Assembly (NCBI GenBank): GCA_001938485.1
Contig: MQRK01222550.1
Coordinates: 1-56,006 of the forward strand
Source of the DNA: Girardia tigrina
Taxonomy: Eukaryota
Direction: 5' to 3'
DNA length: 56,006 nucleotides
Part shown: positions 1-11,312 of the stretch, one piece after another
Numbering within the stretch: position 1 is the stretch's first letter
Layout: each line of letters starts with the position of its first letter
Program-made: the position numbers and the translations under genes
Notes under the pieces: model-generated
Database searches by the model: none
Told to the model about the DNA's origin: nothing
The model's input: only the letters and a program-made list of their open reading frames with translations

Positions 1-509
1 ATATATTAAAAAAAACGAACTTACAGAATTTCAAAATAAATAATGATGAATTGTAAAAAATTCCTCTTTTATAGATTTGGTCAGTCGATTGTCGATGGAC
101 GGACAAAAAGTCGACTTTGGAGTCGCCGCAAAGGGATAGAATAAATAATCAAATAATGCGACATTGACGTCGCCGTATATGGAGGGACTCGGGGTTTTCC
201 CAAAACGCTAGAATTTCCCCATTAACTTGAATTGCAATAAAATATAAATAATTAGTGGGAACAATGGGGGGATTCGGGGTGCGTCGACAAAGGCGCATCA
301 CCCTTATAAAATAAAATAATTTTTTTAAAGGGGCAAAATATTTTTAATTAAAATATTTATTATTATTATTATTATTATCGTTGATATTAAAATTATTATT
401 AATATTTTTTTACAACAACTGTTATTACAATTATAATTATAATTGATATCTTTTAACGCCATTATTATTATTATTCTAGTTATTATTATATAGTTATTTT
501 ATCGCTATT

Positions 510-511
<2 letters not shown>

Positions 512-591
<80 letters not shown>
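512..591. repeat. (TAT)n microsatellite within a wider degenerate TAT-rich tract (~350-760)
   Basis: Uninterrupted TAT run of about 26 units, read directly. Confidence 0.95.
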
Positions 592-1532
592 GTACCATCA
601 GTGTCATAATTATTGCTATGATAGGTATTAGTATTAATATTATTATTTAATATGACTATTATTATTTACTTTTAATATGCACGATTATTATTTTGCTACT
701 ATAGTTATTATTATTCATATTATTATTATTATTAATCAGTTATTATTATTAAATGATGTCGTTGTTATCGCCTCTGTCGAACAGATCGATCAATATCTAA
801 AGTTACAAATCCATCTACCGGTCAATGATGACAAAGCCGCTAAAACAAATAGAAAGAGTCAATCAATGAGTTGAATGAAAGTGTAATAGTTATGACAAAT
901 CTCTCACAATAGTTTGATGAAACATTGATCTACGTTGGCCAAAGAAGCGACCAGCAGTCAATACTTACAGTGAAAACCTTTCAACTTTGAACACTACTGA
1001 CAAAAATCTTTCTATGTAAAAGTTTATCTCAAACCTTGGACTTAATTTTAAATAAAAAAAAACCAATTTTTGGAATCGTTGTTCAAAATCAAAAATACTC
1101 AACGGAAAGATACTCAAAGATTTTTAATAGCTTTTGAAAGAATCAAATCTTTCTGTGGATTAACACCGTTTTCAAAATTTTATATTGAATTTCGTTTTCA
1201 AAAAAATATTTTGACATTTATGAAGTTAAAAAAAAGAAAATTAATAAAAATTTAAATATTGTTTTGGATGTGAAGCTTTTGTGCTGATGTTTTATGAGAA
1301 ATTATTGTGTAATTAAAATGAACAAAAATAGTAAATATTAATTTCGGTTTGAAGGAGATTGGTGTGATTGATTCGAACTCTTTATATTAATTATCGTTTG
1401 TTTATTCGAATCAATTTAATTTAAAATTAGCGCAAAACAATTGTTTATAACGTTTTTGGATAAAAATAAATATTAATCAGTCAAAATTTGTGATCTTTTA
1501 TCTTCAATATCGATTTGAGTCGTGTGTTAAAT

Positions 1533-1805
1533 ATGATCGAAAAAGATAAATTGAATAAAGAAGATATTCGAACCAATTATGAGAAATATAAAATAATCGC
1601 GAAATTATCGTTCGATTTATACATCGATTACGAATACTACAGAGAGTTTTCGATCAAGAATCAATCAGACTTCAAAAATTGTTCTGAACAATTTAGAAGT
1701 CTCGGATACGAATTGAAAGAAAGTGATAAATGGATATTCTTGAGTCATTTGTGTCGATCGATAGTATCGAAATGTAAATACTGTGATTCAATCACTCTTG
1801 ATGAT
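1533..1805 (+). CDS. Possible 5' part of an unknown host gene running into an assembly gap
   Basis: ATG at 1533 opens a frame (MIEKDKLNKED...CKYCDSITLDD) up to the N-run; TCG/CGA-rich like other host genes here; no family recognised. Confidence 0.3.
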
Positions 1806-3098
1806 NNNNNNNNNNNNNNNNNNNNNNNNNNNNNNNNNNNNNNNNNNNNNNNNNNNNNNNNNNNNNNNNNNNNNNNNNNNNNNNNNNNNNNNNNNNNNNN
1901 NNNNNNNNNNNNNNNNNNNNNNNNNNNNNNNNNNNNNNNNNNNNNNNNNNNNNNNNNNNNNNNNNNNNNNNNNNNNNNNNNNNNNNNNNNNNNNNAGAAC
2001 GTGTTCATCTGTGACGCCTTTCAGGACGGCCATTCCGGAGTTATAAAATGTAAGATTAACATTTTAAATGTACCCCCCCCCGACCGGATGATTGCTCCTC
2101 GTTGCCCGTGCGCTGCGGCCACAAAATCGCTGCTCCTGCTCTTGCACCATCAACTTCTACCTCGAAATGTACAATAGTGTCAAAAAAAATTTATATAGAG
2201 TTTTACATGTTCACGAAAGTAAATCGGAAAAAAACATAAAAGCTTTACATACTAAAAAGAAAAGAAAGATGAGTGATACACTACAAATATTAGTTCCCCG
2301 GTCGTCGTCCGCGTCGCCAGTGGATATCTCGAGATGCAGGTCCATGTTATTCGAAAGAAATTCTAATTGGTAGTTAAATTTACAAATTTCCGAAGAGTTT
2401 CAAACCGTAGAGCGGTTTGTAGGGCGAACGTTGGACTATTCAAACAAATAAAATTTCCTGTGAATTAAAGTCCTATTGATTAACGGTTTTCTATAAAATT
2501 TTAATACTAAATAGAATTTTTATGATAATTGAGTTTTATCGGCGTGAATTATAAGGTAGAATTTTTATAAACATTGATTTTTACACTTAATTCTAATATA
2601 GTAATTTTATAGTAATAATGAGGTAATTTGGAGTTAATTTCTTTCCATTAGCTTTATAACGAATCAGTTTTATGATGAATTCATTTTAGTGAACTTACCA
2701 ATTTCGAATGATTATTAAAAACTATATTGTGAATAATGATTAGAATTTTTATAATGGATTTTATGAGATTAGAATTATTAGCGAAAATTACAAGTTGTTG
2801 ATAGAAGTTTTCACGAGTTTTACAACAGGGATTTTAACTAATTAATGAATAATGAATAATTTGACAAATAAGTAACGAACAATCGATGAGTTGAATGGAG
2901 TTTAGATAAATCAGTAAATGTAAATAAATTTGTAAACCTGTTGTTGGTAGAAACTTAGCGAAGGGTCAACATGAAACGAGCTGAGGTGGTGAGCTGAAAT
3001 AAAATAGATTGATGTAATATGAGGAACTCATGTAAATAAAGATAAGGTAACCGGGACTTAAAAGTGATAATGGTATAGCATATTATGATATTTATGAC

Positions 3099-4935
3099 TG
3101 ATAATAATATTTCAGAACTCCACAATGCCGCAAGTTGGTTAATATACAGCACTGCCACAAGTCATAAAAACTACACAACGGTGTTACAAGTCTTCCATTA
3201 CAATGAAAATCAGTTTACAGCTAAACACAACGTCACACAGGAACAATATACTACAGGCAATATCGTAACCTACATGAAATCGTCCCCTATCGATACTGAC
3301 CCAGGTGGGGGCCCATAGTTTATCCCATCTCGAACTGAACCCGAAGGCCCTTCGCGCTTGGCACTGCTGGGCAGATGTCTAGTGATAAGAGGCGTCCGAC
3401 CCACTTACAGACAGGAGTAAACAAATTTTTAAAATAACATTGGGTTGTGGTTGACTCTTAACAATCAATGGGGGCTCTTGAGCTATCAAAAATGTTTCAA
3501 CTCAAAGGGGTCGCAACATTACCTTGCAATATTCCAAATATGGGTATAGATCCTATCGATTTACTCATTTCCTTCTCGTCATATTCTATTAAATAGCCCT
3601 TCTTCATCCACTCCTCAAGCATTTTCATTGTGGCTTTGTCTTTCGATTTGTCATCATTAAAGGTCGAATGTCGAATTAGTAGATAACTCGGCGCCTTATC
3701 TTTCCACTTTCATTTAACAGTTCAATTATCCTTAAATTCAATCTCATAATTGTGTTTGTTCAGGCTAATACTTGGCACAACACCCGTGACACAACTCAGG
3801 TTGTCACCAGCCTCCTTTATTCCTTCTCCTACACACACACCAAATTCAATAACACCCTTATTAATTTTCACATCCCCAAGTTCACTTATAACATTCATAC
3901 CAATTAAAATTCCCAAATCATACGGTAAGTATTTCATGACAGAACATTCTAATTTTATAGTTCTATTGCCTATAGTTGATTCCACATCACTAATACCCAC
4001 ACATATATCATTGCCATTAGCCCCAACAATTCGTTGGCCATGCGACTGTAATGAGCTTCCATTGATCAATCCTTTCAAAACAACAGTTTTTGAGCAACCC
4101 CAATCTATCAACGCTGTAACCGACTTGTTGATAACAATGACAATCATGGTTGATAGCGCCGGAAATGTCAGACGGAGAGAGCCGGCGCCTACAAACTCCC
4201 CTGTCTGTTTCCCGGCTTGCAATATTTTGCTATATACCCAAGTTGCTTACATTTATAGTTAAGTATTTGTCTATTAGATTGCTGCTGAGAATTTTCCTAA
4301 CTGTTTACCCTTGTTTGTACCAGATTTCCGTTATGTGGAATACGGAGTTTTGTAAAGGAACTCCTACTGCCGTTGACTTCAACTCGTTATTTCGAAACGA
4401 TTTTGCCCTCACTACCGTTTTGTACCGCTGACATTGAACTTTGTGGCACGCACTTTTTAATGTCTAAATACCTGCGACTATTTTCAACCATTTCTGTTAA
4501 ATCTTGATCGCCGGTCTGCTCTAAATTCAATTGCAACTCGAACGGCAATCCAGCCATAAAGGCTGCCTTGGTCAGATCATCGATTTTTGATGCCAACATC
4601 TTTACTTGGGAAACGTAATCGTCAATAGTTTGTCCTTCGTAATATTTCAAATAAATCAGTTGGCTGTACGCAGATCGTCTGGTTAATCCGAATGAATTGT
4701 TCAAGATTTGCAGTACTTCTTCACAGTTGCTTTGTTTCTTTTCATCCAATTCCATGTTTATATTTAACGGAACATCCGTCAACAAAAAGGGTAGATATAG
4801 AAAAATCCCCGGGATTTTCATAATCATCTTGTGTTTCCGAATTATCCGGAAGAAGAGAGCATCTGGGTCCATAGAGATGCTCTGAGAGAGCGAATAATGT
4901 CTTTGATCGCACTCGAGCGCTTTTCATTCATCATA
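3099..4935 (-). mobile_element. Degenerate, internally deleted Ty3/Gypsy LTR retrotransposon (gag, aspartic protease, probable 3' LTR)
   Basis: Gag-like ORF 4387-4872 (YYEGQTIDDYVSQVKMLA...AFMAGLP); retropepsin ORF 3722-4222 (ALIDWGCSKTVV, ILIGMNVI); purine tract ATAGGGGACGA shortly before a TG-starting segment at 3274 ending ...ATCA near 3099. Confidence 0.7.
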
Positions 4936-4959
4936 TTGTCGTACTGATTAATGACAAAT

Positions 4960-5558
4960 CCCTTCGGACTCCAGGATACACAAAACGCATTCGATTTCTG
5001 ATTTATAATATCGATTTTGTTTTCTTTCACACAACACAGTGAGACAGTATAGTTCAAAACCACTAAAAACGACTCTTTCTCATTTGGATGCCACCGCAAA
5101 TCGACCAATTGGCTATCGGTATTCGGTTTATATTCACAAAAATTCGACTCTTCAATCTCCAGCAGCGACCTCTCGGCATGGAACAGCTCTACAGTTGCCA
5201 ATCGACCATCATCGGTCACTAAGGCAACCAGCAGAATCGATTCATTGCAATTGAACTCGATTCAGGCGACATTCAACTGGAATTTGATCGATAAAATCGG
5301 ATCTAAACTCACGAGTTTGTCTTTCAAGTCGACCGATTCAACACTCGCTCTCTCGTTCGAGGAGATTTTGCGGAAATTCACATCGTTGTTGGCGATCGAC
5401 GCCAATAATCCGGCCCGACAATCGAATGCATTATATCGAATGTTTTTCGTGCATTTAGTCGATGGCGGTTTGAATGGATGAAGTGCTTGAAAAATAACGT
5501 TTATCAAATTCGATTTGTCGTTAAATTTTTCGAATCTTTCACAGAATACTTTAACCAT
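4960..5558 (-). pseudogene. NUP214: NUP214/Nup159-like N-terminal beta-propeller fragment with an in-frame stop
   Basis: ORFs 5262-5558 and 4842-5219 are one frame broken by a single TGA (FQLNVA*IEFNCNESILLVAL). LVDLRWHP...FCVSWSPKG resembles NUP214 DMKWNP...VCWSPKG. The frame then runs into Gypsy gag-like sequence. Confidence 0.6.
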
Positions 5559-6392
5559 TTTTGTATCGATTTTCGAATTGATTGATTCACATTCCGCTTT
5601 GTAAAATCCAATCTAATTGGAACAATTCTCTATTCGCCGATCACACAGAAACACTGCGCCGTTTATTTGATTATTGTGATTTAATTATTTTTGTTTAAAT
5701 TGGTAATTCGCCAGTATTGTGAATAATTCAAAATACAGTTTGTCTATCTGTTAATTGTTTTATTTAACTCCAGTTTTCACAATTATTTTTATTCAAATTT
5801 CCATCTAAAATCTATTCGAGTTTGATAATATCGACGAGAAGAATCGGTGCATCGAAATTCGTATAATTCATTTTTTGTAATTTCAATATTTGCGGTTTTT
5901 CTCACGATTAGCACAATTCAGCATCCAGAAAAGAAATTCACTCTTTAATCAATTCAAAACGATATTAAGTCACGTATCGAATTTTATTTCAACAAGCAAA
6001 AACTCTGTCGTTTTTACAAGTGAATCAATTTACTCCAACAAAACAAAACTCATGGTAATTTTTTTGAGTTTTACAATTATCAAAAATATCATTTTTCAAT
6101 CTCAAAATAAAATATTACAATGAAACTGGATTTTTTCCAGAATCGAACGATTTTTTTACAATTTAATTTTTTTTTCTTTTTAATTACAATTATCAAAATA
6201 ATTTTATAAATATATATATAAATATTTTTTCTACTATACTTTTAACAACAAAAAATTTAAATATATACAAATATTCGATCAATTCTTAACATCTTGAACT
6301 TTTTCTTCCAAATTTCAAAACTGTCGCTTCCATTAAATTTCTACAAATTATCGAGTATGATTTTTAAATCGCTTTTCATTGCCCGGATAGCT

Positions 6393-6526
6393 TGTAACAA
6401 CGAATAAAAAATCTATAAAATTTATTTTTCAACACAATACTTTTTTAGAGATATTATTTAAACAAATAATTATCCTTATTTTTCATGTTAAACATTTCAT
6501 TTAATAAACAAATTAAACATCTAACA
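6393..6526 (-). repeat. Short LTR-like repeat, inverted copy of 8355-8502
   Basis: Reverse complement TGTTAGATGTTTAATTTGTTTATTAAATGAAATG...TTGTTACA aligns with 8355-8502; no target-site duplication seen. Confidence 0.7.
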
Positions 6527-7189
6527 TATACTTACTTAATTTACTTAATTCTAAATAAGTAATGAATTTAAAAATTTAAACAATAATTATTTATGATATT
6601 CTTACAACTCACAGTAGGTTTAAGTATTAAAAACCAAAGTTAATAAATAAGTAGTCTGAATCAAATTTACAGAAAATGATAGAATTTTAATTGGATGTAA
6701 CTCAAAATTAAAGATTTTTGATTTACTTTTTTATATTTTCTTGTTATTCACTATAAACGAACAAAGTATTCGGTGAATTATGTGTTGATTAGATTGTGGA
6801 ACGAATTCTTTATTCTTTTATATTATAAAAAATTTAATCATGACGAGCTGATTCCATTTCTGTAAAAAATCGCATTGTGGAACCATTACACCACCCTGTA
6901 TGTTATTGCAATTTAAAAACTAACTTGTGTTCATCAGCTTTCGAATAAACCTTTTTAAACTGTAATTTGTAATAAAAATGTGTTTGTCTCCTTATGTGTA
7001 ATTGTATTATTATTATTATAATTATAGTATTTGTATTATTATGCTATAATTATTAAGTTACTTAAAATTTAATGCGCAGTGCTTCTGAAAAATAAAAAAA
7101 GTATTTATTATTTTGATAAAATAACAGTTTTTGTTTAAATAAAGTCAAGGTTGGTGTACCGGTTCTCAAAAATCTGTGTACGCCCAGCC

Positions 7190-7227
<38 letters not shown>

Positions 7228-7282
7228 TTATAGATTCAGAAATATATTTTGAATTAAATAGTCGGGCTCACCAAATATATTA

Positions 7283-7889
7283 TGTTGGGTATTACAATTA
7301 AATCTTGTTTCTATCTTTATTTATATTGAACTACTAAGCTGACTCCAAATCGACTAAAAGATTTCTTCCAACAATAATATATGAAGAATGAACACAATTA
7401 TTTTTAATAAACTTTATTTGCAAATGACAACTTGAGCACAAAACTGAAATCGAAACTTTATCACTAAATCAAATGTTTGAAGCATACTCAATCAACACAA
7501 ATCAATATCAGTTTAGAACGAGCGATACCTGAAAGTCTAACTTCAATCTTTCTCCTTTACAGGATACTAGATTGGTTAACAAAAATTAAATAAAAAAGAT
7601 TACCGTAATACATGATGAAGTTTTAAAAATCTTTGGTAGGGTCTGCAAGTATAATTTTTTTTGTCCGATATTTTGTGTGAATAATAATAATTGTTTATAT
7701 ACTAGTTTTTTATAACCTTGAAAATTAGTTTGCTAAAACAAATCTAAAAATATTTACAAATTTTATACAAATTTTATTAAAATAATGTAAATCGAAAATT
7801 ATTGATTTTTTAACAGAATTATTTTTAATTAATTTTTTTTACAAAACTTTTTGATTAAAAATTTAAATTTATATTTTGAAACCCTTACA
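7283..7889. repeat. Dispersed LTR-like repeat family A (other copies 38406-38726 partial, 48245-48931)
   Basis: Copies start TGTT(G/T)GGTATTA and share blocks CTGACTC, ATGAACACA, GAACGA..A.C and TTGTTTATATACTAGTTTTTT.TAACCTTGAAAATT; no clear TSD. Confidence 0.6.
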
Positions 7890-8502
7890 CAATACACCGT
7901 CCGACGGAAAGGAGACATCTAGTTCAGCACTTTATAAGTACGTTCCAGTCGGTTTGTAGATAATCGAAAGAATTGAAAAGGAGCCGCTTTACAATAAGGT
8001 AAAGACAGACTTTGTAGAGCAACAGTTAGTCTGGGTAAAGCCTGAACATAATATGCCATGTACAAAGTAATGGACAAGAGGCGTTGTTAGAAAATTGGAT
8101 CAAAGAACGTACTTAATAAATTGTGATGGTTTTTGCGGTCCATGGCATATAGCAGATATTCGATCAAGACAACCAGACCTGCCGCGAAACTCTTACTCGG
8201 ATTACATGTTGGAAAATAACAACGAATCAGCTTGGGGTGTTAAGCAAAGTGAATCAGTAATTAGCAACAGACCCCAAAGAGAAAGATGAAAACCTAATTA
8301 TTTGAACGAGTATGTAGTAGATATAGATTCTTGTGACTAAGAATCTGGGGTGAGTGTTACATGTTGAATTTGTTTATTAAATGAAATATTTAACATGAAA
8401 AAATATGGATAATTATTTGTTTAAATAATATCTATTAAAAAGTATTATGCGTTGAAAAATAAATTTTATAGATTTGTTATTTGTAATTTGTTATTTGTTA
8501 CA
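7890..8502 (+). mobile_element. 3' end of a Gypsy element: integrase tail, purine tract and ~148-nt 3' LTR (8355-8502)
   Basis: Typical pol tail RPQRER*KPNYLNEYV, then GGGGTGAG directly before TGTTAC...GTTACA. Confidence 0.65.
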
Positions 8503-8637
8503 GTGTAATTGTTCTTAGCAACTAAATATCAAAAATATTAATTTTTAATAAGTCAAGTTTATTCATTGTAAGTATATTTAATAGTATTATTCTTTAATGA
8601 TAAAAAATATTAATAAAATATTTTTTAATTAGAAACC

Positions 8638-10348
8638 ATGTCAAACAATATGAGATCGTCAGTTTGGATTTTTTTACAAAGAAAAAAAGAAAGCAATTCA
8701 GTTGAGTGCAATAAATGTGGGAAAACATTTCTTGTGTCGCAAGGAAATACTTCAACACTTCACCGCCATTTAAGTAGTAAACATCAAATTGATGCAAACA
8801 ATGATGAAGCACAGCCACAGTCAAATGTTTTAAAAACGTTAGATAATTTTTAAATAAGATTTCACTTGAAGAAATTGTATCAAAAATTGCGACTGTAGGT
8901 GGATTTTCTATTCGGAGCATCACAGACGTTTTCTCAATATAAATCTTCACACTGTTTATTTAAAATGTATAAATCTTGGTCTTATAAGAATTGTAGGAAG
9001 TTGTAATGTGGAAAGAATGATGAACATTTCAGTTCATTTGGCATTTTTTTTGACCATGATATTGTTTGAAGCAAGTGTTATGATAAAATTCATGATAGAT
9101 CGCCTGCTTTATATCAAGCTTGTCTAGATCATGCATTACACTTGGCTGAAACGAAGACATTTTATAAAGAAAATATAAACCAAATTGAATTAAACGAAGA
9201 AAATGGTTCTGATGATGTATTTGTTGATGACTTAGATGAAATGGATGAGGAAACTATTGAAATGAAAAATGAATCTTTTAAAAAATACATTGATAATGTG
9301 AGAGAATTTGTAAACTTTTTCAAAGAATTAGGAATCAGTTCAGACGATTTCAAATCCAAAAGTCCTGAAAGATTTAATGTTGAAAAACAATTTTCACTTG
9401 ATTGCAAAACTCTTTGAAAAAAAGTGTTGAAAAATTATCAGCTCAAGATTCAGAAATCAGTTCGATTTTATTATCGAACATTAATCATTATATCAATTTA
9501 AGAATAAATCAACAGCTAATTGATCTCATGAATTCTTTATAAAACTTCGAATGATCTGGCAACAACACTATTGAAACGTCTTTTCCCTTTCACAAGCGAT
9601 TCACTTATTGACAATATCGAAGATAATAATAATTCATTTGAAAATGTCAATCAAAATATTTCAATAGACGAAGAAAATTGGTAGCAGTCGGTTCGCAAAA
9701 ATGTATTCAGTGATGTTAGAAGAAGTCGGAATTTCACTTGACAAACATTTATTAATAAGATAAAAATCTGTGATCTTCTTTTGCATTTGGGATCTTGAAT
9801 CTTCGATACATTTTCAATAATTGACTGCTTTTTAAAATAATTGCCAAATTTGATTATTTAAACAACTCTGCTTTAATTTTATTAATTACATTTAATTAAA
9901 TTTAACTTCTGTTAAATTTAATTAAATGTCATCGAACTATTTAAAAGTTATATTCGGCAATTACTTTTGGGAGAGACAACATACTTTAAAACATAAGACA
10001 CATCATACCAAACATTTCATACAAGTGAGAAAGAAAATGTCTAATAAAACTACAGCTTTGAAATGTTTATTCAAAGAAATGTCTGAAAACGTTACTGAAA
10101 GAGAATGCTGTCGACCAGCCCAATCAATCATTCCGGCTCGCCCCAGCAGAATACCGTGAGTGGCACTCTTATGGGCCCGAGTAATCTCAAAATCCTCCAC
10201 CATATCCGTACCATATCAAAAATAAAGAAATTAAATTAATTATTATTACTTTAAAACATGATTTTACTTATTTTCAATATTGGGAACAAGCCAGAAAGCC
10301 CGAAAAACTATTCGGGCTTGAAAATATCGGGTTTTTTTTCAAACTCTA
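8638..10348 (+). mobile_element. Decayed hAT transposon (BED zinc finger, CxxH motif, right terminus)
   Basis: RSSVWIF...CNKC...NTSTLHRHLSSKH BED finger (8638-8853); CLDHALHLA and LDCKT remnants at 9120-9417; AAGCCCGAA/TTCGGGCTT subterminal palindrome and ...CAAACTCTA end. Confidence 0.75.
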
Positions 10349-10454
10349 GTTATTATCCACATATTTGTTTCGAAAGTCTTTCTGACTGGTCCGCTCGACC
10401 CTCAGGTCGCCCCGAGAATCGGACGGAGGTAACAGGGTTGCACAGTGGCTTGGC

Positions 10455-11312
10455 TCATATTTGAATCAAAATTGTATTGTATTTCTTATTGAAACCGGAA
10501 GAAACTTTGAATGATTCAAAATTGATCACAGTTCTCGGAGACAGACTTTTGCCATTTGCAATATTGCATTCAGCTTCAAGAAGTAACCACTGTTTAGGAT
10601 CAAATGAGTGACAATGGAACCACATAATATGATCCAAAGAAATCATAAATCCAACTGATTCAAAACAATGAATGGTTAAGATCGGTTGAACATTCACATA
10701 ATCAGATATGAAACCCAAAAGAGCATGCTTTGAAGATTTTTTATTCAGATCAATTAAACTGTCATCTCGCAATTTCAATCATTTATAATTTTTATTTTTG
10801 GTGTTAGCTTTGCAAATCGATTGAACGTCAGGGTCGACCGGTTTAATGAACACTGGAAAATCATTGAGCCATTCAGCGCGACTTTGCAATCGGTTTATCA
10901 GAGTCTCTTCCTTGTGTGTTACAAGTTTCTATTCAATCACATCTGTGACTAATTGAAATTCATTGGAACCGATAATCTTGGAAAATTCTTGAATGTATAC
11001 GAATTGACTGGGTAGTTCATCTAATTTAAAAGAGAGATAGATTTTAGCTATAACTAAATCATTTTGTTTGACAGAAACCGATCTTTTGACGAATGATCGT
11101 CCATCCATGATTGACTCAACTACATAGTTGATTCTGTCATTAGCATTTCCGTTAATGAGAAAATACACTTGAAAGCTGTGCAAGTGCATATTCGAATCCA
11201 CGGTGTTAAAGGAAGCCAAATTCGATCGTCCTAAAATTGCTCGTTTATGATAACTACCACTGTCGTTACTGGAGAAGATATTATTGGAATATTTCGTCAA
11301 CTGCCGCATCAT
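10455..11312 (-). pseudogene. ACOT8: Acyl-CoA thioesterase II (ACOT8/TesB-like) pseudogene, intronless
   Basis: HLHSFQVYFL, DGRSFVKRSVSVKQ, FISDY and MISLDHIMWFH motifs. One reading frame with TAG (10929-10931) and TGA (10779-10781); the FGG motif appears deleted. Confidence 0.85.

Noticed and set aside
677-874. 65-aa Ile-rich ORF
   Set aside because: Translation of the TAT low-complexity tract.
1745-2177. ORFs spanning N runs (also 13119-13349, 16000-16617, 34800-35086)
   Set aside because: Artefacts of translating gaps.
3750-4262. 170-aa plus-strand ORF and similar antisense ORFs (19941-20213, 35594-35785, 37568-37975, 41527-41850, 44689-44994, 54670-54981)
   Set aside because: Antisense shadows of coding or TE sequence on the opposite strand.
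8638-8853. Domesticated ZBED host gene
   Set aside because: Followed by stop- and deletion-ridden transposase remnants and a hAT-like terminus.
5262-10931. Stop-codon reassignment (TGA=Trp), suggested by in-frame TGA in the NUP214-like and ACOT8-like frames
   Set aside because: The 1637-aa ABCA ORF has many Trp codons and no TGA interruption despite AT bias; the in-frame stops are of all three types; ACOT8 has other lesions. Pseudogenisation is simpler.
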